From: an uncultured bacterium
Lineage (GTDB): Bacteria; Acidobacteriota; Vicinamibacteria; Vicinamibacterales; UBA2999
Assembly (NCBI GenBank): GCA_963923455.1
Contig: CAWULT010000006.1
Span: forward strand, 1,586-65,585
DNA: 64,000 bases
Reading direction: 5' to 3'
Shown piece after piece: positions 36,139 to 44,002 of this stretch (the first letter of the stretch is position 1; each line of letters begins with the position of its first letter). Position numbers and translations under genes: made by a program. The notes beneath the pieces were generated by a model that saw only the letters and a program-made list of their open reading frames with translations, did no database searches and was not told where the DNA came from.

Positions 36139-36855
36139 TCACGAGAACCAGCGACGCCAGCCCGACTCCGGCGTGAGTTCGCCCGATCCCGGCTGCCACG
36201 TCAGCACCGTTCGCGCGACGTCGCGCGCAAAGGCCTTCTCTGCCGTGAGTACGAGCACCGACAGGCGCCGGCGCTCCACGATGCGCGTGACCGTGTCGGC
36301 GAACGCCGCGACGTCGCCGCCCTGCAGCGTGGCCGTGGGGTGTTCGAGCAGCAGCAGGTCGGGGCCGAGGGCGAGCGTCCGGCCCAGCCGCAGGCGTGCC
36401 CGCTGCGGTGGCGTCAGCGTCTCGGTGACCTGGCTGAGCTCGGCTGGCGACAGGCCGACTTCGTCGGCCAGGCCCCGCACCCGCGCGCGCACGTCGTCGG
36501 AGAGCGACTCCACGGCCAGCGACAGCGGGATGGCGAGATTCTGCTCGGCCGTGAACTGCTCGACGAACACCGTCCGCTCGCTGAACAGGCCGAAGCGCTC
36601 GAGCGACGTCAACCAGGCGTCGGCATTCGGGATGTCTCGCGTGTCGCGGCCGAAGGCGATCACCTGCCCGGCGTCGGGCACGGTCGACCCGGTGATCAGG
36701 TCGACCAGCACCTGCGCGGCCTCGCGGTCGAGCCCGATCAGCGCCTTCGACTCGGCGTGCGCGAGGTCGAGCGCCTTCACGCGCAGCGGACGCAGCCCGC
36801 GATAGTCCTTCACGACGGACCGCAGGCTGACGACGACCGCGCCCGCGTCAGACAC
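36139..36855 (-). CDS. ABC-ATPase-fold protein with all catalytic motifs substituted (pseudo-ATPase)
   Basis: 238 aa, collinear with ABC NBDs. The Walker A position reads ALIGLDREAAQVLVDLITG, the signature LTPPQRARLRLGRTL, Walker B LLLLEHPT and the H-loop position LTAEKAF. 8-nt overlap with the upstream PHP gene. Confidence 0.65.
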   Translation of the reverse strand: MSDAGAVVVSLRSVVKDYRGLRPLRVKALDLAHAESKALIGLDREAAQVLVDLITGSTVPDAGQVIAFGRDTRDIPNADAWLTSLERFGLFSERTVFVEQFTAEQNLAIPLSLAVESLSDDVRARVRGLADEVGLSPAELSQVTETLTPPQRARLRLGRTLALGPDLLLLEHPTATLQGGDVAAFADTVTRIVERRRLSVLVLTAEKAFARDVARTVLTWQPGSGELTPESGWRRWFS

Positions 36856-37672
36856 CGTGCCGCGCGGCGCGCAGCCTGGCCCAGGCGTCGGCCGGCAGCG
36901 TCACCGACCCCGGCGACGGCGCGTGGCTCGCATCGCCGTGGAAGTCCGACCCGCCCGTGACCAGCAGCCCCAGGTCAGCGGCGAGACCGGAATAGTGCGC
37001 CACGAGCTCGGCGTCGTGGTCCCAGTGGAACACCTCGAGCGCGTCGAGGCCGGCGTCGCGCAGTTCGGGAATGCGTTTCGCCACCTTGGTGCGGGCCGGA
37101 TGCGCGAGCGACACCAGCCCGCCGCCCTTGTGGACCACGTCGATCACGACCTCGGGCGTGGGGCCGATGCGGGGCACGAACGCCTGGCACCCGTCCCCGA
37201 GCCATTCGTCGAAGGCCTCCTGCAGCGAGGCGACGTGGCCGGCCGCGAGCATCGCGCGGGCCAGCACCGGCCGCCCGATCGCGCGGCCGGGCTGCGAGCG
37301 GACGACGTCGACCATCGGGCCCACGTCGATCGGCACACCCAGCTCGGCGAGCCGCTCGCCGATCAGTTCGATGCGGCGGATGCGCGCCTCGCGCTGCACC
37401 GCCAGGAACTCGAGGAACGACGGCTCGTCCGGGTCGATGAAGTACCCGAGCATGTGCACGTCGCGGCCCGCGTCGACGGCGGTGATCTCGATGCCGGGCA
37501 CCGCCTCGATCCCGCGCGCCCTCGCGAGCGACCGGACCTCGGCCACCGCCGCGGTGGTGTCGTGATCGGTGACCGCCATCACGGTCAGACCGGCGGCCGC
37601 GGCCTTGTCGACGAGTTCGAGCGGAGTGGAGAGACCGTCGGACGCGGTCGTGTGCAGGTGCAGATCGATCAT
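36848..37672 (-). CDS. PHP-domain phosphoesterase (TrpH/YciV-like)
   Basis: Internal ATG 37672 (ATGA overlap with the upstream stop), 274 aa. MIDLHLHTTASDG, AVTDHDT and GGSDFHG metal-binding motifs. Confidence 0.85.
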   Translation of the reverse strand: MIDLHLHTTASDGLSTPLELVDKAAAAGLTVMAVTDHDTTAAVAEVRSLARARGIEAVPGIEITAVDAGRDVHMLGYFIDPDEPSFLEFLAVQREARIRRIELIGERLAELGVPIDVGPMVDVVRSQPGRAIGRPVLARAMLAAGHVASLQEAFDEWLGDGCQAFVPRIGPTPEVVIDVVHKGGGLVSLAHPARTKVAKRIPELRDAGLDALEVFHWDHDAELVAHYSGLAADLGLLVTGGSDFHGDASHAPSPGSVTLPADAWARLRAARHGV

Positions 37673-38649
37673 CGCGTGCGGGGGCGCGGCCCCGCGGCGG
37701 CGCGAGCGAGCTTCTCGGGCCGGTCCTGGCGTTTGACGAGGGACCGGTACTCGCGCTCGAGCAGCTCCAGATGATCCCGTTCCTCGTCGGCGAACTCGAG
37801 GAAGATCTGCTTGCCCTCGGAGTCCTCGAACTGCTCGCCGTACTTCTTGAAGAAGCTGTGCGATCCGCGCTCGCATCGGATGCCGATGAGCAGCGCCTGC
37901 TGGTCGTTGACGCCCTTGAGCAGCTGCTCCGCGCCCTCGGCGAAGATCCCGTTGGCCGCGCCCTTGAAGAACAGGAACGTCGGCCGCGATTCGAGCACGG
38001 GGTCGCGTCGCAGCAGCTCGGCGTAGCGTTCCTCCAGCTTCGCCAGGTGCGACTTCTCCTCGAGCGCCAGGTGCTGGAAGACCTTGCGCCCCTGCGCGTC
38101 CTTGGTGACCCGCGCGGCCCGGGTGTAGAACTCGAGGCCGCTCCGCTCGGTGGCGATCGCGATGCGCAGTGCGTCGCGCGCGAACACCAGGTCGGTGTGG
38201 CCGTCGTGCGCGGTGACCGTCCGGCCCGCCTGGCAGTCCTCGCAGGCGCCGTAGATCTGCACCACGCTCTGCGCCACGTTGAAGCGCCGCGCGACGGCGA
38301 CCTCCTCGACGAGCGACTCGATGTCGGAGCTGAGGAACTCGAACGAGCGATGGCAGGTCTTGCAGATCAGGTGGAAGTGGCGGGGCTGCCGGTACGAATG
38401 CTCGAACCGGAACCGGCCCTCGCCGAAGTCCACCTTGCGCGCGATCCCGGCGTCCACCATCCACTGCAGCGTGCGGTAGACGGTGGCGCGGCTGATCCGA
38501 TGGTCGTCCCGGCGGATGACGTCGACGAGGTCGTCGGCGCTGAGGTGCCCTTCCTGGCGCAGGAAGACGTTGACGATCTGCTCCCGCTTGCTGGAGCGCT
38601 TACCGCCAGCCGGCTTCAGTCTGCTGAGATCGGGAACCGCCGTTGCCAC
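37669..38649 (-). CDS. Fur-family transcriptional regulator fused to a rubrerythrin/ferritin-like diiron domain
   Basis: 326 aa. N-terminal Fur-like region with SRATVYRTLQWMVDAGIA and CxxC pairs CKTC and CEDC. The C-terminal domain has two E...ExxH repeats: ATERSGLEFY + EEKSH, and RCERGSHSFF + EERDH. Confidence 0.75.
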   Translation of the reverse strand: MATAVPDLSRLKPAGGKRSSKREQIVNVFLRQEGHLSADDLVDVIRRDDHRISRATVYRTLQWMVDAGIARKVDFGEGRFRFEHSYRQPRHFHLICKTCHRSFEFLSSDIESLVEEVAVARRFNVAQSVVQIYGACEDCQAGRTVTAHDGHTDLVFARDALRIAIATERSGLEFYTRAARVTKDAQGRKVFQHLALEEKSHLAKLEERYAELLRRDPVLESRPTFLFFKGAANGIFAEGAEQLLKGVNDQQALLIGIRCERGSHSFFKKYGEQFEDSEGKQIFLEFADEERDHLELLEREYRSLVKRQDRPEKLARAAAGPRPRTR

Positions 38650-38676
38650 GCTGCCCGCCGGGACGTCTGAGGGTGA

Positions 38677-39027
38677 CTAGTGGTGGTGACCGCCGCCTTC
38701 GCCGTCGACGCTGAACGACGACCCGCACCCGCAGGTGGACGTGGCGTTCGGGTTGCGGATCGTGAAGCCGCCGCCCGTGACGGTGTCGACGAAGTCGACC
38801 TCCGCGCCCTTCAGGTAGCTGACGCTGACCGGATCGACGAACAGCTTGATGCCGTTCGATTCGAACACCTGATCGCCGACGCCGCCGCCCTCCTCGATCA
38901 TGAGGCCGTACTGGAAACCGGAGCAGCCGCCGCCCTGCACGAACACGCGCAGGCCGCTGGTCTCCTTGCCCTCTTCCACGAGCAGCTCGGTGATCTTGGT
39001 CGCCGCCGCTGGAGAAACGTTGATCAT
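38677..39027 (-). CDS. erpA: A-type iron-sulfur cluster insertion protein (ErpA/IscA/HesB family)
   Basis: 116 aa. GGGCSGFQY and C-terminal CGCGSSF cluster ligands. Unusual 11-residue tail SVDGEGGGHHH. Confidence 0.9.
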   Translation of the reverse strand: MINVSPAAATKITELLVEEGKETSGLRVFVQGGGCSGFQYGLMIEEGGGVGDQVFESNGIKLFVDPVSVSYLKGAEVDFVDTVTGGGFTIRNPNATSTCGCGSSFSVDGEGGGHHH

Positions 39028-39056
39028 CGCTGGTGACTCCTCGAGTGTGTCGGGCC

Positions 39057-39062
39057 ATTATA
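39057..39062 (-). promoter_or_regulatory. Perfect TATAAT -10 box upstream of erpA
   Basis: The minus strand reads GGGCTATAATGGCC, then GGAG, then ATG 39027, giving a leader of about 25 nt. It is flanked by the imperfect inverted repeat GGCCTATA...TATAATGGCC. Confidence 0.4.
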
Positions 39063-39108
39063 GCCCAGAAATACGACCATTCGGGGCGTATAGGCCAAGT
39101 CTCTGATT

Positions 39109-40638
39109 CTAGGACATTTCCGAGGCCATCGCAGCCAGCTCTCCGGCCGACGCCCGCTCGACGTCGCCGTGCAGGCTGTTGCCATGGGCGTCCATCGTCA
39201 CGATGGCCGGGAAATCCTCCACCTGCAGGTGCCACATGGCTTCGGGCGTGCCGAACTCGAGCAGCGAGACGCCGTCGACCTGCGTGATGGTCCGCGCGTA
39301 GAACTGGGCCGCTCCGCCGATCGCGTTCAGGTAGACGGCCCCGTGCTCCTTCAGCGCCGCCAGCGTCCTGCCGCCCATGCCGCCCTTGCCGATCACGGCG
39401 CGCACGCCGTAGCGGCGGATCACGTCGGCCTGGTACGGCTCCTCGCGGATGCTGGTCGTCGGGCCTGCGGCCGTCACGCGCCACCTGTCGCCGTCCTTGG
39501 CGACCACGGGGCCGCAGTGGTACAGCACGGCGCCGCGCAGGTCGACCGGCGGCTCGTGGCTCATCAGGTGATGATGCACGGCGTCACGGCCCGTGTAGGC
39601 CCGCCCGGACACCAGCACGATGTCGCCGACCTTGAGCGACCGCACCGCTTCCTCGGTGAGCGGCGTCCGCAGCACCACTTCGCGGCCCGTCCGCTGGAAG
39701 CCCGCCTGATCGGCCATCGCGAGCAGCGGGCTCGCCGGGTCGCGGTAGAGCCACCGCTTGATGGCCCCGGTCCGGGCGTCGAGCACGACGCCGAGGCGCC
39801 GGAAGGCCCAGCAGTCGTACGCCACCGACACGAAGAAGCTGGCCGGCAGGCGGTTCAGCGCGCCGATCTTGCAGCCGATGAGCGACACGGCGCCGCCGAA
39901 GCCCATCGTGCCGACGCCCAGCTTGTTGATCTCGCCCATGATCCGGGCCTCGAGCCCGGCGAGCCGCGAGTCCGGGTTCACGTCGTCGAGCGTCCGGAAC
40001 AACTGCTCCTTGGCGTGCACGTAGCCCGAGGTCCGGTCGCCGCCGATGCAGACGCCGATGGCGCCGGGCGCACAGCCCTTGCCCTGCGCGTGCCACACCG
40101 CGTGCAGGATGCACTTGCGAACGCCCTCGAGCGAGCGGTCGGCCCGGCCGAGGTTCGGCAGTTCGACGGGCAGCGCGTACTGCGAGTTCATGTTCTCGCA
40201 GCCGCCGCCCTTGAGAATCAGCTTCACCTCGATCTCGTCGTCGTTCTCCCACTGCTCGAAGTGGACGATCGGCGTGCCGGGCCCGAGGTTGTTGCCCGAA
40301 TTCTCCCCGGTCAGCGAGTCGACGGAATTGGGGCGAAGCTTGCCGCGCTTGGTGGCCTCGGCCACGGCCTCGCGGATCAGCTTCTTCATGACGATCTGGT
40401 TCGCCCCGACCGGCGTCTTCACCTCGAACGTGGGCATGCCGGTGTCCTGGCAGATCGCGCCCTCGCCTTCGGCGGCCTGGTCGATGTTGAGCGCGATGAT
40501 GTTCAGCGCCTGCGCCGACCGCGAGCCCGAGGCCTCCTGCCCCATGGCCACTTTCATCGCGGCTCGCACGTCCGGCGGCAGATCCGTGGAGGTGCGCACG
40601 ACCAGGGACACGACGCTGTCGAAGAACGATGGAAGCAT
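39109..40638 (-). CDS. Class I (Fe-S dependent) fumarate hydratase, fused alpha/beta type
   Basis: 509 aa. AICQDTGMPTF, KGGGCENMN and a C-terminal beta-subunit-like GPTTSIREEPY...VIGKGGMG. Confidence 0.85.
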   Translation of the reverse strand: MLPSFFDSVVSLVVRTSTDLPPDVRAAMKVAMGQEASGSRSAQALNIIALNIDQAAEGEGAICQDTGMPTFEVKTPVGANQIVMKKLIREAVAEATKRGKLRPNSVDSLTGENSGNNLGPGTPIVHFEQWENDDEIEVKLILKGGGCENMNSQYALPVELPNLGRADRSLEGVRKCILHAVWHAQGKGCAPGAIGVCIGGDRTSGYVHAKEQLFRTLDDVNPDSRLAGLEARIMGEINKLGVGTMGFGGAVSLIGCKIGALNRLPASFFVSVAYDCWAFRRLGVVLDARTGAIKRWLYRDPASPLLAMADQAGFQRTGREVVLRTPLTEEAVRSLKVGDIVLVSGRAYTGRDAVHHHLMSHEPPVDLRGAVLYHCGPVVAKDGDRWRVTAAGPTTSIREEPYQADVIRRYGVRAVIGKGGMGGRTLAALKEHGAVYLNAIGGAAQFYARTITQVDGVSLLEFGTPEAMWHLQVEDFPAIVTMDAHGNSLHGDVERASAGELAAMASEMS

Positions 40639-40648
40639 AGACGGTCAG

Positions 40649-40654
40649 TATAAT
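40649..40654 (+). promoter_or_regulatory. Perfect TATAAT hexamer in the 33-bp fumarase/methyltransferase spacer
   Basis: TATAAT ends 18 nt before ATG 40672. No convincing -35 was seen. Confidence 0.3.
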
Positions 40655-40671
40655 TTGATCCCGAGCACCGC

Positions 40672-41334
40672 ATGCCGCCACGGCTCCCCTGTCTCGCCGT
40701 TCTGCTCGCGGTGGCGGTGCCCATCGCCCTCTGGGCCCAGGCGCCGGCGTCGGGCGGCAACCGCCGCCTCTTCCCTCCGCAGGATCTCGGCCTGCTCGAA
40801 GGCCCCGACCGCGCCACCTGGCAGCGCCCCGACCAGATCATGGACGCGCTGGGCATCGCCGACGGCGCGAGCGTGGCCGACATCGGCGCCGGCGCCGGCT
40901 GGTTCACGATCCGCCTGGCCCGGCGCGTCGGGCCGAACGGCACCGTCTACGCTCAGGACGTCCAGCGCCAGATGCTCGAGGCGATCCGGAGGCGCGTGGC
41001 GCGTGAGGGACTCCGCAACGTCCAGACCCGCCTCGGCCAGGGCAGCTCGCCGAATCTGCCGAGGGGCGCGCTCGATGCCGTGCTGGTCGTCGACGTCTAC
41101 CCGGAAGTCGAGGACCGCGTCGCGTTCCTGCGCAACCTGACCGTGTCGCTGCGTCCGGGCGGCCGGATCGGCATCGTCAACTACAAGCCAGGCGCCGGCG
41201 GTCCCGGGCCCGCGCCGGGCGAGGGCTTTCGCGTGGACCGGACCGTGGTGGAGAAGGACGCGATCGAGGCGGGCCTGCGGGTGCGCGCAACCGAGAACCT
41301 GCCCTACCAGTACTTGCTCGTCCTCGGCAGGTAG
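40672..41334 (+). CDS. Secreted class I SAM-dependent methyltransferase
   Basis: 220 aa. Signal-like N-terminus and motif I VADIGAGAGWFTIRLA. Confidence 0.8.
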   Translation: MPPRLPCLAVLLAVAVPIALWAQAPASGGNRRLFPPQDLGLLEGPDRATWQRPDQIMDALGIADGASVADIGAGAGWFTIRLARRVGPNGTVYAQDVQRQMLEAIRRRVAREGLRNVQTRLGQGSSPNLPRGALDAVLVVDVYPEVEDRVAFLRNLTVSLRPGGRIGIVNYKPGAGGPGPAPGEGFRVDRTVVEKDAIEAGLRVRATENLPYQYLLVLGR

Positions 41335-41350
41335 GACACAATTTCGCCTC

Positions 41351-42010
41351 ATGGCATCCCTGTCTCCTGCTCCCGCCGGCCTGGGCCTCCGCGTCATCGA
41401 TCGGCTGCGCCACCGTCCAGGAAGAGCCGGCCGGCTCGATCACGAGCCCGCCGTGCAGACGGCCTCCGTGCTGTTCATGGCGGTGCTGACGGCCGTGGCC
41501 GCGCAGGTCAGCATCCCGGTGCCGTTCTCGGCGGTGCCCTTCACGTTCCAGCCAACGGTGGTCCTGCTCGGCGGGCTCGTCCTCGGCGCGCGTCTCGGCG
41601 CCGCCAGCCAGTGCCTCTATCTGGCGGCAGGCATCGCCGGCCTGCCGGTGTTCGCCAGTTCGCTGACGCTGCCACCCGGCCTGCTGCGCCTGTTGGGGCC
41701 GACCGGCGGATTCCTGATGGCCTATCCGCTGGCCGCCTTCGTGACCGGCGCGCTCGCGCAGCGAGGGTTCGACCGCCGCTACCTGACCTCGGTGCTGGCG
41801 ATGCTGGCCGGCATGGCGGTCATCTACGCCGGCGGCGCGGCGTGGCTGGGCCTGGCGGCACGCACGGTCGCCGGTGCCTCGGCCGTGGGTCTGCAGGCCG
41901 CCATCGCCACCGGCGTCGCACCGTTCGTGGTGGCGGACGTGTTCAAGATCGCGGCCGCGGCCGGCGCGGTGCCCGGGCTGTGGCGCCTGCTCGGCGCCCC
42001 CCGCGCCTAG
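41351..42010 (+). CDS. bioY: Biotin transporter BioY
   Basis: 219 aa. AAQVSIPVPFSAVPFTFQPTVVLLGGLVLG and LLGPTGGFLMAYPLAAF are BioY-typical. The start may lie further downstream because the N-terminal 35 aa are atypical. Confidence 0.8.
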   Translation: MASLSPAPAGLGLRVIDRLRHRPGRAGRLDHEPAVQTASVLFMAVLTAVAAQVSIPVPFSAVPFTFQPTVVLLGGLVLGARLGAASQCLYLAAGIAGLPVFASSLTLPPGLLRLLGPTGGFLMAYPLAAFVTGALAQRGFDRRYLTSVLAMLAGMAVIYAGGAAWLGLAARTVAGASAVGLQAAIATGVAPFVVADVFKIAAAAGAVPGLWRLLGAPRA

Positions 42011-42066
42011 CACGCCCCGGGCACACGGACACGCCGGCGACGGACGCCGCCGGCGCCGACGCTTTC

Positions 42067-42849
42067 ATGCGCATCGCGCTCACCATCGCCGGCAGTGACT
42101 CCGGAGCCGGCGCTGGCATCCAGGCCGACCTCAAGACCTTCGCCGCCCACGGCGTGTACGGCACGTGCGCGATCACGGCCGTCACGGCACAGAACACGCT
42201 CGGCGTCACCGCCGCCGACGTCCTGCGCCCCGATCTCGTGCGGGCGCAGATCGCCGCGGTCGCGTCCGACCTGGCTCCGCATGCGGCCAAGACCGGCATG
42301 CTCGCCAGCGCCGCCGTCGTCGAGACGGTGGCCGAGGCCGTCGCCGAACTGGGGATCCCCTTCCTCGTGGTCGATCCGGTCATGATCGCGAAGAGCGGCG
42401 CCTCCCTGCTCGACGAATCGGCCCTGAACGCACTGCGCAACCGGTTGCTGCCCGTCGCCCACGTCGTGACGCCCAACATCCCGGAGGCCGAGGCCCTCAC
42501 AGGGCTGACGATCCGCACCGACCACGACCGGCAGGAGGCGGCGCGGCGGCTCGTGGGGCTCGGCGCGCGCGCCGCGATCGTCAAGGGCGGCCACCTGGCC
42601 ACGTCCGACATCGTGGACCTGCTGTTCGACGGACAGGACTTCGCCGAGTTCCGGCACGAGCGGATCCCGGGCCGCCACACGCACGGCACCGGGTGCACGT
42701 TCGCCGCGGCGATTGCGGCGCACCTGGCCCAGGGCCGGCGGCTCGAAGAAGCGGTGCCGCTGGCGCAGTACTACGTCGCCGGCGCCATCCGCCACGCACC
42801 GGACCTCGGCCGCGGGCACGGCCCGATGGATCACTTCTGGATGCGGTGA
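42067..42849 (+). CDS. thiD: Hydroxymethylpyrimidine/phosphomethylpyrimidine kinase
   Basis: Internal ATG 42067, 260 aa. ALTIAGSDSGAGAGIQADLKT, VVDPVM and THGTGCTFAAAIAA. Confidence 0.9.
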   Translation: MRIALTIAGSDSGAGAGIQADLKTFAAHGVYGTCAITAVTAQNTLGVTAADVLRPDLVRAQIAAVASDLAPHAAKTGMLASAAVVETVAEAVAELGIPFLVVDPVMIAKSGASLLDESALNALRNRLLPVAHVVTPNIPEAEALTGLTIRTDHDRQEAARRLVGLGARAAIVKGGHLATSDIVDLLFDGQDFAEFRHERIPGRHTHGTGCTFAAAIAAHLAQGRRLEEAVPLAQYYVAGAIRHAPDLGRGHGPMDHFWMR

Positions 42850-42862
42850 GTCGAGCGGAGTC

Positions 42863-43924
42863 CTACTTCCCGGCGACCGTCCTGACGGTGCCGGTCAGCC
42901 CCTCACGCGAGCAGTTGAACGGCTCGATCTTCAGGTCCGACGGCATGTACTCCATCACGGCGCGCGGGAACGGCTGCGTGAAGAACACCGGGTCCTGCAT
43001 GTCGATCTCGACCACCAGCCGCTGACGCTCCACGTCGAGGCGCACCCGCTCGACCGACGTGAGCGCGGACGAGTGCAACAGGCCGCGCGTGGGCTGGCCG
43101 GGCTGTTCGACGTACTGGTTGAGCACCCCGGCGGCGTAGTTCGCCGTGTCGATCACCAGCGTGCCGCCGTCGAAGCGTCCGATCGAGTGGCCGAGCGTGC
43201 TCCCCTTCGCGTCGGCCGGGTGACCCGCGGCGTTCATGTGGATCACGCGGCGGACGTCCATCCACTCGTGGTGCAGCACCACGTCGTTGCCGGCGCGGAC
43301 GATCTCGAGCGGCGTGCCGGGCGCGCCCCAGGCACGACGGATGCCGACCGGGTCGCAGCGGAAGGTCGGGTCGTCCTTGAACGGATCGTACGCATCGACG
43401 GCCTTGCGGCCGGCCGGCGTCAGCATCGCCATCATCGGCTGCGGACCGCTGGTGCTGCGCCCGGGCCTCGGCGCCAGCAGCCACGTGCCGTAGATGTCCT
43501 TGCGGGGCGCCTGCCTGACCGCCTGCGCCGGCGCGGCGCCGCGTGGGCCGTTGACGCTCAGCACGCGGCCGTCATCCAGCTCGACGCTGTCGAAGAAGCA
43601 CATGTACGGGCTGTGCCGCGACAGCGACCCGGAGACGCGGATGCGGCTGCCCACCTTGAGGATCTGCGGCGTGATGCCGTTGCGGGTGAGCTGGGTGACA
43701 CCGTGCGACTCGCAGACGTACTCACGAGTCCGCCCGTTCTCGTCGACGGCGGCGATGTGCACGTAGCTGTGCGGGTTGCGGGCCTCGTACTGAGTAACCG
43801 TGCCGGAAATGCTCACCGGCTTGCTGGCGTCGAAGTGCGGCGCGAAGCTGTGGTGGGCGACCGCCGGCGAAACCACGCCGAGGGTGCCGATGGCGACCGC
43901 GGGAACCAGGATCTTCGACCACAT
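42863..43924 (-). CDS. Secreted hypothetical protein (same family as the partial CDS 1..717)
   Basis: Internal ATG 43924 with AGGAGGG upstream, 353 aa. Signal MWSKILVPAVAIGTLGVVSPAVA, a HHSFAPHFD...NPHSYVHI module, then DDPTFRCDPVG...GHSIGRFDGGTLVIDT..., collinear with CDS 1..717. Confidence 0.65.
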   Translation of the reverse strand: MWSKILVPAVAIGTLGVVSPAVAHHSFAPHFDASKPVSISGTVTQYEARNPHSYVHIAAVDENGRTREYVCESHGVTQLTRNGITPQILKVGSRIRVSGSLSRHSPYMCFFDSVELDDGRVLSVNGPRGAAPAQAVRQAPRKDIYGTWLLAPRPGRSTSGPQPMMAMLTPAGRKAVDAYDPFKDDPTFRCDPVGIRRAWGAPGTPLEIVRAGNDVVLHHEWMDVRRVIHMNAAGHPADAKGSTLGHSIGRFDGGTLVIDTANYAAGVLNQYVEQPGQPTRGLLHSSALTSVERVRLDVERQRLVVEIDMQDPVFFTQPFPRAVMEYMPSDLKIEPFNCSREGLTGTVRTVAGK

Positions 43925-43952
43925 GGGTGTCCCTCCTGAGGCAGACGGGCTG

Positions 43953-43996
43953 AGTATAGGCCCAACACGGCCGGAAACCGCCTCCCGCCCTATACT
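43953..43996. promoter_or_regulatory. Inverted repeat carrying twin TATACT -10-like boxes for divergent genes
   Basis: AGTATAGG (43953-43960) and CCTATACT (43989-43996) are reverse complements. The plus-strand TATACT ends 7 nt before moaE ATG 44003. The minus-strand TATACT precedes the SD and ATG of CDS 42863..43924. Confidence 0.4.
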
Positions 43997-44002
43997 GAAT
44001 GG

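Noticed and set aside
38677-38715. The C-terminal GGGHHH of ErpA as an engineered His-tag or vector remnant
   Set aside because: There are only three His, preceded by native-looking SVDGEGGG and followed directly by a stop. The surrounding DNA is contiguous native sequence with no cloning-site signatures. It is treated as a natural tail.
42011-42066. TPP riboswitch upstream of thiD
   Set aside because: The gap is only 56 nt and lacks the conserved CTGAGA and ACCTGATCTGGATAATGCCAGCG-type elements. thiD probably continues the bioY transcript.
43925-44002. Molybdenum-cofactor riboswitch upstream of moaE
   Set aside because: The spacer is only 78 nt, shorter than the Moco RNA motif. The -10-like box abuts the start codon, leaving no leader.
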